Shown here: positions 41,147 to 51,185 of the stretch, in pieces | How the letters are laid out: every line of letters starts with the position of its first letter | Numbering within the stretch: position 1 is the stretch's first letter | Assembly (NCBI GenBank): GCA_024711145.1 | Contig: JANJTJ010000001.1 | Coordinates: 1-60,158 of the forward strand | Reading direction: 5' to 3' | DNA length: 60,158 nt | From: Balneolales bacterium | Lineage (GTDB): Bacteria > Bacteroidota > Rhodothermia > Balneolales > HLUCCA01 | Notes under the pieces: generated by a model | What the model was told of the DNA's origin: nothing | Databases searched by the model: none | Seen by the model: the letters and a program-made list of their open reading frames with translations, nothing else | Position numbers and translations under genes: made by a program

Positions 41147-42394
41147 ATGGAACCTTACAAGAACCCGACCATTATCGTGATCGGTGGAGGCTTTGCCGGC
41201 CTCACCACGGTGCGAAGCCTGCGGAAGGCGCCGGTGCGCGTGATCCTCATCGACAAGACCAACCACCATGTATTTCAGCCGTTGCTGTACCAGGTGGCCA
41301 CGGCGGCATTGGCTCCGGGCGACATCGCGGCACCGTTGCGGGGCCTGTTGGCCGACCAGGCCAATGCGGACACCGTGCTGGGCGAAGTGGTGGCCATCGA
41401 TCGGCAGGAACGGAGCGTGACCTTGGCCGACGGCCGCCGGTTCGGGTACGATTACCTCGTGGTAGCGCCGGGGGCACGGCATCATTATTTCGGAAATGAC
41501 GGATGGGAAGCCCACAGTCCCGGCCTGAAAACCCTGGGCGATGCCTTGAACATCCGCGACATGATCCTGAGGAACCTGGAGGAAGCGGAGCAACGGGGGC
41601 CTGCCGCATCGTTGGCCTATCTGAACTTCGTGGTGATCGGGGGAGGGCCCACGGGTGTGGAACTGGCCGGTGCCATCGCCGAAATCTCCCGCAAAACCAT
41701 GATGCGCGATTTCCGGCGGATCACGCCGGGCATGGTGCATGTGTACCTGGTGGAAGCCATGCCCCAGGTGTTGGGCACCTATTCGGCAGACCTGTCGGAG
41801 AAGGCGAGGGAAGCGTTGGAGCGGCTCGGCGTGAAAGTGCTGACCAACACGCGTGTGTCGAATGTGGATGCGGACGGCGTGGTGACCGACAACGGCTCCA
41901 TCCCCAGCAAAAGCGTGATCTGGGCGGCGGGCAACCAGGCCTCGCCGCTGGTGCGCGCCATGGGCGCGGACACCGACCGCGCCGGGCGCGCACGGGTCAC
42001 GGGGCGCCTGACCCTGCCCGACGACGACCGGGTCTTCGTGCTGGGCGACGCGGCCTACCTCGAGCAGAACGGGCGCCCCGTGCCGGGAGTGGCGCCTGCC
42101 GCCACCCAGATGGGGCGCTACGCCGGCGCGGCCATCGGCCGCGCCGTGGCCGGGCAGGCGCCACCGGCCGACTTCCGCTACGTGGACAAAGGCAGCATGG
42201 CCACCATCGGTAGGGCCAAGGCCATCGCCGACATCAAAGGGTTCCGGTTCAGCGGGTTTCCGGCCTGGCTCATGTGGTCTCTCATCCACGTTTTCTATCT
42301 CATCACCTTCCGGAACCGGGTGCGGGTGTTCCTCGAGTGGATCTGGTACTACCTCACCTTCAAAGGCGGGTACCGCTTGCTCATCAAGCGGTGA
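41147..42394 (+). CDS. ndh: Type II NADH dehydrogenase
   Basis: IGGGFAG, FQPLLYQVAT, GGGPTGVELAG, WAAG, YVDKGSMATIGR. Confidence 0.92.
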   Translation: MEPYKNPTIIVIGGGFAGLTTVRSLRKAPVRVILIDKTNHHVFQPLLYQVATAALAPGDIAAPLRGLLADQANADTVLGEVVAIDRQERSVTLADGRRFGYDYLVVAPGARHHYFGNDGWEAHSPGLKTLGDALNIRDMILRNLEEAEQRGPAASLAYLNFVVIGGGPTGVELAGAIAEISRKTMMRDFRRITPGMVHVYLVEAMPQVLGTYSADLSEKAREALERLGVKVLTNTRVSNVDADGVVTDNGSIPSKSVIWAAGNQASPLVRAMGADTDRAGRARVTGRLTLPDDDRVFVLGDAAYLEQNGRPVPGVAPAATQMGRYAGAAIGRAVAGQAPPADFRYVDKGSMATIGRAKAIADIKGFRFSGFPAWLMWSLIHVFYLITFRNRVRVFLEWIWYYLTFKGGYRLLIKR

Positions 42395-42425
42395 GAACGG
42401 GCGTCGGCATGGCTACATTTCGGCC

Positions 42426-44264
42426 ATGATCGCCACCCTATTGCTCACCGCGGCATTGGTGCAGCCGCCGCAAGCCGCACCGCCCACCCGTTTCACCCTG
42501 TTGCACACCAACGACGAGCACGCCTCGTTGCTGCCTGCGCCGTTGACCGCCGCCGACCGTTCGCGCGGAGGTGCGGCCCGCCTGGCCACCAAAGTGCGGG
42601 AATGGCGCGCCGTGAAAGACGCCCAGGGCGAAAGCACCCTGCTGCTTTCGGCCGGCGATTTCAGCACCGGTTCGCCGTTCAATTGGTTGGTCTTCGAGGA
42701 CGAATCGCCCGAGCTGCAGACCATGGTGGATGTGGGCTACGACGTGGTGATCCTGGGCAACCACGAATTCGACCACGGGCCCGACGAACTGGCCGATTAT
42801 CTGGAACGGGTGGGGTACCCGGCCCTGGCGGAACGCATCCCCTTGTTGTCGGCCAACATCCGCATTCCGGAAGGGCATCGGTTGGGTGGCATGGGTATCG
42901 GAAGCACGCATCTGGTCACCTTGCCGAACGGCCTCACCCTGGGATTCATCGGTCTGATGGGGAAACAAGCCGCCGAGTTCGTGCCCCAGAAAGCGCCCGT
43001 CGAATATGAGGCTCCGGCCGAAACGGCGGCGCGGTTGGTACCCGAATTGAGAGCCGCCGGGGCCGATGTGGTCATCGCCATCACCCACCTGGGTGTGGCC
43101 GAAGACCGGGAATTGGCCACCGCCGTGCCCGACCTGGACGTGATCGTGGGTGGCCATTCGCATACCGAATTGCCCGAACCCATCCTGATCGGCAAAACCG
43201 TGATCGTACAGACCGGGGAGTTGCTCAACAACCTGGGGGTTTTGGAATTGGAATATCTGGCGGATGAGGGCCGCGTGCGGGTGCGCAACCAGGAAAACGG
43301 TACCGCCTTCAATCATCCCTTGGATGCTTCCGTGCCCGAAGATCCGGCTTTGGCAGCCCGCGTGGCCCGGTACGAGGCCCGGCTCGACTCGGTGGTGGCG
43401 GCCATGACCGACGGCCGCGTGGGCAGCCTGCGCCAGGTGGTGACCCATGCCGGGTTTCCCTTGGCCAACCAACCCGAAAAAGCGGAGACGCCCATGGGCG
43501 ATTTCATAACCGATGCGGTGCGCCAAGGCGTGAGCCGGGTGAGCGGCCGGCCGGTGGATGTGGCCTTCATGGCGAACGGGGTCATCCGTGGGGCCATTCC
43601 GGCCGGAGACCTGTCGTTCTACGATCTGGCATCGTTGGTAGGTCTCGGTTCCGATGCCGATGGCAAGCCGGGGTATCCGTTGGTAAGCGTGTATTTCACC
43701 GGCCGGGAATTGCGCCGCATACTGGAAATCACCGTGCTGCTCTCCGAACTGAGGGGCGATACCTACTACCTGCAGGTATCCGGCGTGCGGTTCGCATACG
43801 ACAAAGACAACATGCTATGGCTGCGGGTGCCCTTTGCCGGTACGCCGGTGCCATCGGCCAAGGCCGTGCACAGCGCGGCCTTCGAGAATGGCGAGGCGCT
43901 GGAGTGGGACGACGACCGCCTCTATCATGTCGTGTCGGATTATTACAACGCCTCCTTCCTGCCCTTCATCGGCACCTTGGTACCCAGTCTGGAATTGGTG
44001 ATCAAGGATGAGCAAGGCAACCCCACATCCATCGATACGCGGGTGGTGCGCGATGCCCAAGGCCGGCCCTATCGGGTGTGGCAGGCGGTGGTGGAGCATG
44101 CCATGGCGGAAGCCGCCATACCGGAGCGGTACCGGGAGCCCCAGGGGCGCATAAGTCAGGAGAACCGCCTGCCCATCCAGCTGGTGCCTGGCATCGGCGT
44201 GGTCGCCGTGGTGCTGGTGCCGATCTGGTGGTGGCGCCGGCGTCGCATCCGCGCCGCATCCTGA
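42426..44264 (+). CDS. Bifunctional metallophosphatase/5'-nucleotidase with C-terminal membrane anchor
   Basis: LHTNDEH, AGD, GNHEFD, THLG, GGHSH, NGVIR; C-terminal TM helix followed by RRRR. Confidence 0.9.
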   Translation: MIATLLLTAALVQPPQAAPPTRFTLLHTNDEHASLLPAPLTAADRSRGGAARLATKVREWRAVKDAQGESTLLLSAGDFSTGSPFNWLVFEDESPELQTMVDVGYDVVILGNHEFDHGPDELADYLERVGYPALAERIPLLSANIRIPEGHRLGGMGIGSTHLVTLPNGLTLGFIGLMGKQAAEFVPQKAPVEYEAPAETAARLVPELRAAGADVVIAITHLGVAEDRELATAVPDLDVIVGGHSHTELPEPILIGKTVIVQTGELLNNLGVLELEYLADEGRVRVRNQENGTAFNHPLDASVPEDPALAARVARYEARLDSVVAAMTDGRVGSLRQVVTHAGFPLANQPEKAETPMGDFITDAVRQGVSRVSGRPVDVAFMANGVIRGAIPAGDLSFYDLASLVGLGSDADGKPGYPLVSVYFTGRELRRILEITVLLSELRGDTYYLQVSGVRFAYDKDNMLWLRVPFAGTPVPSAKAVHSAAFENGEALEWDDDRLYHVVSDYYNASFLPFIGTLVPSLELVIKDEQGNPTSIDTRVVRDAQGRPYRVWQAVVEHAMAEAAIPERYREPQGRISQENRLPIQLVPGIGVVAVVLVPIWWWRRRRIRAAS

Positions 44265-44881
44265 TGGGCTGGTACGGACGGGTGCTGTTCCCCTGGTTGA
44301 TGGACATGGGCATGCGAGACCGGCCGTTCGACGGGTACCGGAAGGCGGTGACCGCTGGATTGTCCGGTATCGGCCTGGAGATCGGCGCCGGCACCGGATT
44401 GAATCTGCCGTGGTATCCGTCCACCGTGCGCGAACTGCATGTGGTGGATCCGAACCCCGGCATGGACGGCCGGTTGAAGCGCCGTGCCGAAGCGGTGGCG
44501 TTTCCGGTCCATCATGCCCGGCTTTCGGCCGAGCGCTTGCCCTATGCCGACGGGACCTTCGATTTCGTGGTGTCGACGTGGACGTTATGCAGCATTCCGG
44601 ATGCGGGGGCGGCCCTTGCGGAAGTGCGCCGGGTTCTGAAACCGCAGGGGGAGTTCCGGTATGTGGAACACGGAACGGCGCCCGATGCATCGGTGCGCCG
44701 GTGGCAGCGCTGGCTGAATCCGGTGCAGAAACGGGTGGCCGACGGCTGCCACCTCGACCGCGACATCCCCAAACTGGTGGTGGACGCCGGTTTCGCGCTG
44801 ACGGAGCGCGAGGAAGGGTATGCGGTATCGGTGGGGCGACCCTACGGCTATTTCTACCGGGGTCGCGCGGTCAACGGCTGA
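44264..44881 (+). CDS. Class I SAM-dependent methyltransferase
   Basis: LEIGAGTG, LPYADGTFD, LCSIPD, RVLKPQG, GCHLDR. Confidence 0.9.
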   Translation: MGWYGRVLFPWLMDMGMRDRPFDGYRKAVTAGLSGIGLEIGAGTGLNLPWYPSTVRELHVVDPNPGMDGRLKRRAEAVAFPVHHARLSAERLPYADGTFDFVVSTWTLCSIPDAGAALAEVRRVLKPQGEFRYVEHGTAPDASVRRWQRWLNPVQKRVADGCHLDRDIPKLVVDAGFALTEREEGYAVSVGRPYGYFYRGRAVNG

Positions 44882-46484
44882 TCGGTTCGCGCAGGGCGCG
44901 GCCGGCCCGGGCGCCGGTATGGCGGCCGTCGCGGATGGTGTGCAGGCCGTTCACCCACACATGCGCCACGCCGGTGGCGTATTGATGCGGCCGGGCGAAG
45001 GTGGCATGGTCGCGGATGGTGGCGGCATCGAATAGGACCACGTCGGCATAATGGCCCACCCGCAGAAACCCGCGCCGATGCAGGCCCAGGGTGGTGGCCG
45101 GCAACCCGGTGAGGCGGTGCACGGCGTCTTCGAGCCGAAGCACGCCTTCATCCCGCACATAATGCCCCAGTATGCGGGCGAAGGTGCCGTAGGCCCGAGG
45201 ATGCGGATGCCGGCGTAGGGCCGGGCCGAACGCCATGTAGCTGCCGGCGTCGGACCCCACCGAGACCCAGGGTTTGGCCAGGATGCGCCGCACGTCGGCT
45301 TCGGCCATGAGGAAGTACACGGCACCCACACGGGAGTCGTCCTCCAGGATGAGGTCCATGGCGGTATCTACCGGATGTTGCCCGCGATCGGCGGCGATTT
45401 CGGCCAACGACTTGCCGGCCAGATGCACCAGGGCCGGGTTGTCGAACCCGACCACCACGATGCGCGAGGGATCGCCGGCCAGGGCGTAGAAGTTCTCCCA
45501 ACGGTCCTGGTTTTCCAGCACGGCCGCTTTCAGCCGGGCGCGTTCGTCGGGGTCGCGCAGGCGGGCCAGCCAGGCACGGTGGCCCCCCTCCAACGCTTCG
45601 GGCGGGAAGATGGCCGTGAGGGACGTGGATGCGGCCGTATAGGGATAGATGTTGGCGGCTATGGAAATGCCGGCGGCCCGGGCCGCTTCGATGCGGTCCA
45701 GAATGAGGGGAAGCCGGTGCCAATTGCGCTCCCCGGCCGCTTTCAGATGGAAGATTTCGGTGTGGATGCCCGCTTCGCGGGCGATGGTGAGCACCTCGTC
45801 GAAGGCGTGGTCCAGGCGGTCGCCCTCGCTGCGGATGTGGGAGGCGTAGATGCCGCCCCGGGCGGCGGCGGTCTGCGCCAGAGCCACCAGCTCGTCGGTA
45901 GCGGCGAAGGCGCCGGGTGCATAGATGAGGGCGGTGCTGAGGCCGCGGGCGCCCTGGCTCATGGCCTGGTCTACCAACAGCCGCATGCTGTCGAGCTCGG
46001 CGGGGGTGGGCGCCCGGTTCTCGTGCCCCAACACGCGGATGCGCACGGTGCTGGCACCGATGTAGGAAGCCACGTTGGCCGAAACCCCTCGGCGTTCCAA
46101 CAGATCGAAGTAGGCGCCGAGGGTAGGCCCCTCGCTCCAGCCCTCGCCGATCACTTCGGTGGTGACCCCCTGCAGCAGGTCGCTCTTGGACCAGGGCTCG
46201 GTGCGGTAGGTGTCGCCGGCCCAGGACAGCATGTTGATGAAGCCGGGCGCCGCCACCAAGCCGTGCGCCCGCACGGTGGTGCCGGCCCTGGTACCGGCCG
46301 GCAAGGTGCCTATGAAGGCGATCGTGTCGCCACGGATGCCGATATCGGCGATGCGGAGAGCACCGCCGGTGCCGTCGGCGAGGGCCGCACCGAGGATCAC
46401 GGTGTCGTATTCGGGCGTGCGGAAACAGGCGGTTAGGCCGAGAATCAGCAGAATAAAGCAGCCGGAAGGGCGGAGTTGGGTCAT
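44871..46484 (-). CDS. N-acyl-D-amino-acid deacylase family amidohydrolase (lipoprotein)
   Basis: Lipobox LTAC, APGFI, STALIYAPG, HIRSE, GSD, HPRAYGTF, GHYADVVLFD. Confidence 0.88.
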   Translation of the reverse strand: MTQLRPSGCFILLILGLTACFRTPEYDTVILGAALADGTGGALRIADIGIRGDTIAFIGTLPAGTRAGTTVRAHGLVAAPGFINMLSWAGDTYRTEPWSKSDLLQGVTTEVIGEGWSEGPTLGAYFDLLERRGVSANVASYIGASTVRIRVLGHENRAPTPAELDSMRLLVDQAMSQGARGLSTALIYAPGAFAATDELVALAQTAAARGGIYASHIRSEGDRLDHAFDEVLTIAREAGIHTEIFHLKAAGERNWHRLPLILDRIEAARAAGISIAANIYPYTAASTSLTAIFPPEALEGGHRAWLARLRDPDERARLKAAVLENQDRWENFYALAGDPSRIVVVGFDNPALVHLAGKSLAEIAADRGQHPVDTAMDLILEDDSRVGAVYFLMAEADVRRILAKPWVSVGSDAGSYMAFGPALRRHPHPRAYGTFARILGHYVRDEGVLRLEDAVHRLTGLPATTLGLHRRGFLRVGHYADVVLFDAATIRDHATFARPHQYATGVAHVWVNGLHTIRDGRHTGARAGRALREPISR

Positions 46485-46695
46485 CTGAGGCGAAAGATTT
46501 CGAAAAATCGCCTAAAAAAGTAAGGCGATATGGGACCAAATGAAGAAAAAGCGGCGCAAATCGCATCGAATCGGGACGAAATGCGGGTTCTTGCCTTTCA
46601 ATTTAGGCTTTCGCTTGTTACCATCCGGCACTTGACGTACACATCGGGCTGGTCAGAACCAGTCGGGTCGAATTAAACCAACCAACCAATACGCT

Positions 46696-49600
46696 ATGAA
46701 ACAGTTGATGCGCGCGTTCCTCGTGGGCGCGCTCTGCCTCCTTTCGGGTCAGGCTATGGCCCAGGGGCTGACGCTCTCCGGCGTGGTCACCGACCAATCC
46801 ACCGGTGAACCGCTCCCGGCCGTGAACATCTTCGTTCCCACCCTCAACCGGGGTGCCGTGACGGATGTAGACGGTAATTATTCCTTGGTGCTGCCGGCAG
46901 GCACCCACGAGCTGGTCATCTCTTCGGTGGGGTACAAACGTACCCGCCAGAACGTGACCCTGAGCCGCAACATGACGCTCAACATCGAGATGGAACCTGA
47001 TGTGGTCGGTCTCGACCAAGTCGTGGTGGTCGGTTTCGGTGAGGTATCGCGTCGGGATGTGACGGGCTCCATCAGCAGTGTGACCACCGACGACATCGCC
47101 TACCAACCGGTAAACACGGTGGAGAACGCCATCCAAGGCAAGATCGCCGGGGTGTTCATCCAGCAGGACAACGGGAAGTTGGGCCAGGGCATGACGGTCC
47201 GGATCCGCGGATCCTCCTCCGTTACGGCCGGCAACCAGCCCCTGTATGTCATCGACGGCGTACCGGCCATTTCCGACGATTTCTCCACCAACGGTGCCGT
47301 TACCAACCCGCTGGCCGACCTGAACTTCAACGATGTTGAATCCATCCAGATCCTGAAAGACGCATCGGCGGCCGCCATCTACGGTTCCCGTGCGGCGAAC
47401 GGAGTGGTACTGATCACGACCAAAAAAGGCCGTGCCGGTCGTACCCAGTTCACCTACAACTTCCAGACCGGTTTCAGCGAACCCACCAACAAGATGGAGT
47501 TCATGAATGCCACCGAGTATCGGGATTACTTCCGGCAGGCGGCCATCAACTCCGAGAACTACTATGGAGACGGATGTTCGGTAGTTCCCAACGACCCCAA
47601 CTGCTACGATTACATCGGTGATGTCGAGTTCTACTTCGGCTACATGGCCCAAGGCACCGACTTCGAGAACGCCGAAGTGAATTCGAACTGGCAGGACGAG
47701 GCCTTCCAGGATGCGGGCATGTTCTCGCACGACCTGTCGGCCATGGGTGGCAACGAGCAGACCCGTTTCTACGCTTCCGGTCATTTCAGCGACCAGGACG
47801 GTATCCTCATCCGCAACCGCTACCAGCGGATCAGCGGCCGGTTGAACGTGGACCACAAGGCCAGCGAGCGCATCGACCTGGGTGTGAGCGTGAACAGCTC
47901 CCGTACGCTGAACCAGCGTCTGGCGGCCGACAACGCCTTCTCCACGCCCCTGCAGTTGGTGGCGCAATCGCCCCTGAGCCCGATCTACATCCCGGGCACC
48001 GACGAGCTGAACCCGAACACGATCTACTACAACGGGTTGTTCGACCGCGACTTCGCCTCCTACAAGACGAAGACCTTCCGCACCCTGGCCAATGCCTACG
48101 GTACCTTCCGTTTCTCCCCGAGCCTCATGCTCCGTGGTGATCTGGGTGCCGACATCATGACCGTGAACGACGAAGAGTTCTATGGTCCCGAAACAGCCGA
48201 CAACTGGTCGAACAACGTAGGCGGCATCGGGTTCAACACCTGGCAGCAATCGGTAACCTACACGGCCAGCACCTACCTGAACTGGCAGGGCAGCCTGGCG
48301 CGCGACCATCGGGTTGACGCCACCGTGGGTACCAGCATGCAGTACAGCGACTACAACTACGCCGACGTATTCGGTCGCAACTTCACCGCTGCCGGTCTCA
48401 GAAACCTGATTTCGGCTGCCGAGATTCTCGGTGGCGGATCCAACGGTTCGGAGTACGCCTTCACCTCGTACTTCGCCCGCGCCAACTACAACTACAAGGA
48501 GAAGTACCTGGCCACCATCAGTGGTCGTGTGGACGCCTCCTCCCGGTTCGGTGCCGACAACCGCTACGGCTTCTTCCCCGCCGCCTCCTTCGGCTGGGTG
48601 ATCACCGAAGAAGACTTCAGTGCTTCCATCCGTGAGCAGCTCTCCTACGCCAAAATGCGTGTGAGCTACGGCCTTACCGGTAACGCCGAAATCGGCAACT
48701 TCCCGTACCTGGCGCTGTGGGGTGGCAACTCCTACGCATCGCTGCCGGGCCAGAGCCCCACGCAAACGGCCAACCCCGACCTGAAATGGGAGCAAACGAG
48801 CCAATTCAACGTGGGTATGGACTACGGCCTGTTCAACAACCGCGTAACCGGTGAGTTCGACTGGTATGTGAAAAAGACCGAAGACCTCTTGCTGAACGTG
48901 AACGTTCCGGCCACCACGGGCTTCCTGAGCGCCGTGAAAAACGTGGGCAGCCTGGAGAACAAAGGATGGGAACTGGTGATCAACACCTTCAACCTGACCG
49001 GCGACTTCAAGTGGAACTCCTCGTTCAACATCTCTTCGAACAAGAACAAGATCACGAACATCGACGGCCAGGTAATCACGGGCGGGTTCATCAACCGCGC
49101 CATCGAGGGGCAACCCATCGGGGTGTTCTATGGCAAGGAGTACGCCGGAGTTGACGAAACCAACGGCGACGCCCTCTACTACGTGTACGCTGCCGACGGC
49201 ACCCGCACCACCACGGCCAGCTGGTCTGCCGCCACCGACCGCGTGATCGGCGACCCGAACCCGGATTACGTGGGTGGTTTCACCAACGCCTTCTCCTACA
49301 AAGGGTTCGACCTGAGCGTGCTGTTCCAGTTCGTACAAGGCAACGACCGCTACTTCGGTGGCATGGGTCGTTTCGCGGTTGCCAACGGCGACTTCTTCGA
49401 CAACCAGACGCGCGACCAGCTCAACAGCTGGACGCCCACCAACACGAACACCAACGTTCCGGAAGCCCGCCTCTATGGTGGCAACGGTACCCGCCATTCC
49501 AGCCGGTACATCATGGATGGTTCGTACGTGCGTCTCAAAAACGTGACCCTCAGCTACAACGTGCCCCGCACGCTGCTGCAAGGTACCGGCATGTCGAAAG

Positions 49601-49767
49601 TCCGTCTGTACACCACCGGCATCAACCTGCTGACCTGGACCGACTACAAAGGTTGGGATCCGGAAGTGGACACCGACTTCATCGGCGGCAACATCGGTCT
49701 GGGCAACGACTTCTACTCGGCGCCTCAAGCCAAAACCATCACCTTCGGGGTTGAGATCGGTTTCTGA
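46696..49767 (+). CDS. susC: SusC/RagA family TonB-dependent transporter
   Basis: CarboxypepD-like N domain, IRIRG, PLYVIDG, LKDASAAAIYGSRAANGVVLITTK, NPDLKWE, C-terminal Phe. Confidence 0.95.
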   Translation: MKQLMRAFLVGALCLLSGQAMAQGLTLSGVVTDQSTGEPLPAVNIFVPTLNRGAVTDVDGNYSLVLPAGTHELVISSVGYKRTRQNVTLSRNMTLNIEMEPDVVGLDQVVVVGFGEVSRRDVTGSISSVTTDDIAYQPVNTVENAIQGKIAGVFIQQDNGKLGQGMTVRIRGSSSVTAGNQPLYVIDGVPAISDDFSTNGAVTNPLADLNFNDVESIQILKDASAAAIYGSRAANGVVLITTKKGRAGRTQFTYNFQTGFSEPTNKMEFMNATEYRDYFRQAAINSENYYGDGCSVVPNDPNCYDYIGDVEFYFGYMAQGTDFENAEVNSNWQDEAFQDAGMFSHDLSAMGGNEQTRFYASGHFSDQDGILIRNRYQRISGRLNVDHKASERIDLGVSVNSSRTLNQRLAADNAFSTPLQLVAQSPLSPIYIPGTDELNPNTIYYNGLFDRDFASYKTKTFRTLANAYGTFRFSPSLMLRGDLGADIMTVNDEEFYGPETADNWSNNVGGIGFNTWQQSVTYTASTYLNWQGSLARDHRVDATVGTSMQYSDYNYADVFGRNFTAAGLRNLISAAEILGGGSNGSEYAFTSYFARANYNYKEKYLATISGRVDASSRFGADNRYGFFPAASFGWVITEEDFSASIREQLSYAKMRVSYGLTGNAEIGNFPYLALWGGNSYASLPGQSPTQTANPDLKWEQTSQFNVGMDYGLFNNRVTGEFDWYVKKTEDLLLNVNVPATTGFLSAVKNVGSLENKGWELVINTFNLTGDFKWNSSFNISSNKNKITNIDGQVITGGFINRAIEGQPIGVFYGKEYAGVDETNGDALYYVYAADGTRTTTASWSAATDRVIGDPNPDYVGGFTNAFSYKGFDLSVLFQFVQGNDRYFGGMGRFAVANGDFFDNQTRDQLNSWTPTNTNTNVPEARLYGGNGTRHSSRYIMDGSYVRLKNVTLSYNVPRTLLQGTGMSKVRLYTTGINLLTWTDYKGWDPEVDTDFIGGNIGLGNDFYSAPQAKTITFGVEIGF

Positions 49768-49807
49768 CCGGCCAGCGAACACCATTTAGAGCAAGAACAA
49801 CAGAACT

Positions 49808-51184
49808 ATGAAAACACGTGCACATGCCATCATGGTCGTAGCACTCTCCGTGGGCTTGGCTGCCTGCGACGGGGTGCTCGATCTGGCACCGCAAGCCTCC
49901 ATCACGGATGAGGTTGCGCTCAGTACGCCCGAAGGGGTTCAGAACACCCTGGTAGGCGCCTACGACACCTTCGGTGGAACCAACGGCTACGGCGGTTCCT
50001 TCGTCTATGCCATGGAGCTGTATGGTTCCACGCAGAACGAAGTGATCTGGAACGGCACCTTCTTCGACCAGCGCGAAGTATGGCAGAAGAACATTCCCGC
50101 CACCAATGCGGTGATCACGGGAATGTGGACGGCCGGCTACAACACCATCAACCGCGTGAACAACGTGTTGAGTGCCTTGGATGTGGTATCGACCGACCCG
50201 GCCGACCCCGACCGCGTGCGCATCGAAGCGGAAGCCCGGTTCATCCGTGGCACCACCTACTTCGAGCTGGTACGCGCCTTCGGCAAAGCCTACACCAACG
50301 GCGACCCGGCCGTGAATCTGGGTGTTCCCCTGATCACGACCCCGACCCGTGCCATCGACGAGGCCTCCAATGTGAGCCGCGCCACGGTTGCCGCGATCTA
50401 CACGCAGATCGAATCGGACCTGACCTTCGCGAAAAACAACCTGCCCACCGACAACGACATCTATGCCACGACCTTTGCGGCCAGCGCCATGTTGGCTCGT
50501 GTGCACATGTCGAAGGGCACGGCGTCCGATTACACCGCGGCCGCCAACGAGGCCAACCGGGTGATCACCTTGGGCGGGTTCTCGCTGGAAGCCACCTTCG
50601 GCGATGCCTTCAACCAGGTTGAAAACGGCGACGAAACCGTCTTCTCCGTGGTCATCACGCCGTTGGATGGGACCAACAACAACCAGGTATACTATGCCTC
50701 CAGCGGATTCGGCGGTCGTGGCGATATCGATGTCGCCGACGTGCATCTCGATCAGTACGAACTGACCGACGTGCGTCGCGCCTTCTTCCATACGGACAGC
50801 GGCGAGCGCCACACCAACAAGTTCCGGAACTCCGGGCGCAACGTGGTGGTGGTCCGTTTGGCTGAAATGCATCTCACCCGCGCCGAAGCCAACTTCCGCG
50901 TAACCGGCACCGCCGCCGGTGTGGGTGGCGTAACGCCCCTGGATGATGTGAACACGGTTCGGGTGCGCGCGTCCGCCACCCCGCTACTGGCGGTCACCTT
51001 GGCCGACATCATGGCCGAGCGCCGTCGCGAGCTGTCCTTCGAGGGGCACATCTTCCACGACATGCGCCGCACGGGTGGCAACATCGACGGTGAAGCGTCC
51101 ACGTTGGACAAATTCGTGTTCCCGATTCCGGAGCGCGAGATCCTCGTGAACCCCAACCTGCAGCAGAACACGGGCTACAACTGA
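49808..51184 (+). CDS. susD: SusD/RagB family lipoprotein
   Basis: Lipobox LAAC, EARFIRG, RLAEMHL..AEA, ERRRELSFEG, QNTGY. Confidence 0.93.
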   Translation: MKTRAHAIMVVALSVGLAACDGVLDLAPQASITDEVALSTPEGVQNTLVGAYDTFGGTNGYGGSFVYAMELYGSTQNEVIWNGTFFDQREVWQKNIPATNAVITGMWTAGYNTINRVNNVLSALDVVSTDPADPDRVRIEAEARFIRGTTYFELVRAFGKAYTNGDPAVNLGVPLITTPTRAIDEASNVSRATVAAIYTQIESDLTFAKNNLPTDNDIYATTFAASAMLARVHMSKGTASDYTAAANEANRVITLGGFSLEATFGDAFNQVENGDETVFSVVITPLDGTNNNQVYYASSGFGGRGDIDVADVHLDQYELTDVRRAFFHTDSGERHTNKFRNSGRNVVVVRLAEMHLTRAEANFRVTGTAAGVGGVTPLDDVNTVRVRASATPLLAVTLADIMAERRRELSFEGHIFHDMRRTGGNIDGEASTLDKFVFPIPEREILVNPNLQQNTGYN

Positions 51185-51185
51185 G

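Noticed and set aside
46618-49785. 1055-aa antisense ORF over susC
   Set aside because: It mirrors susC codon for codon and has no recognisable motifs; expected from strong codon bias in GC-rich genes.
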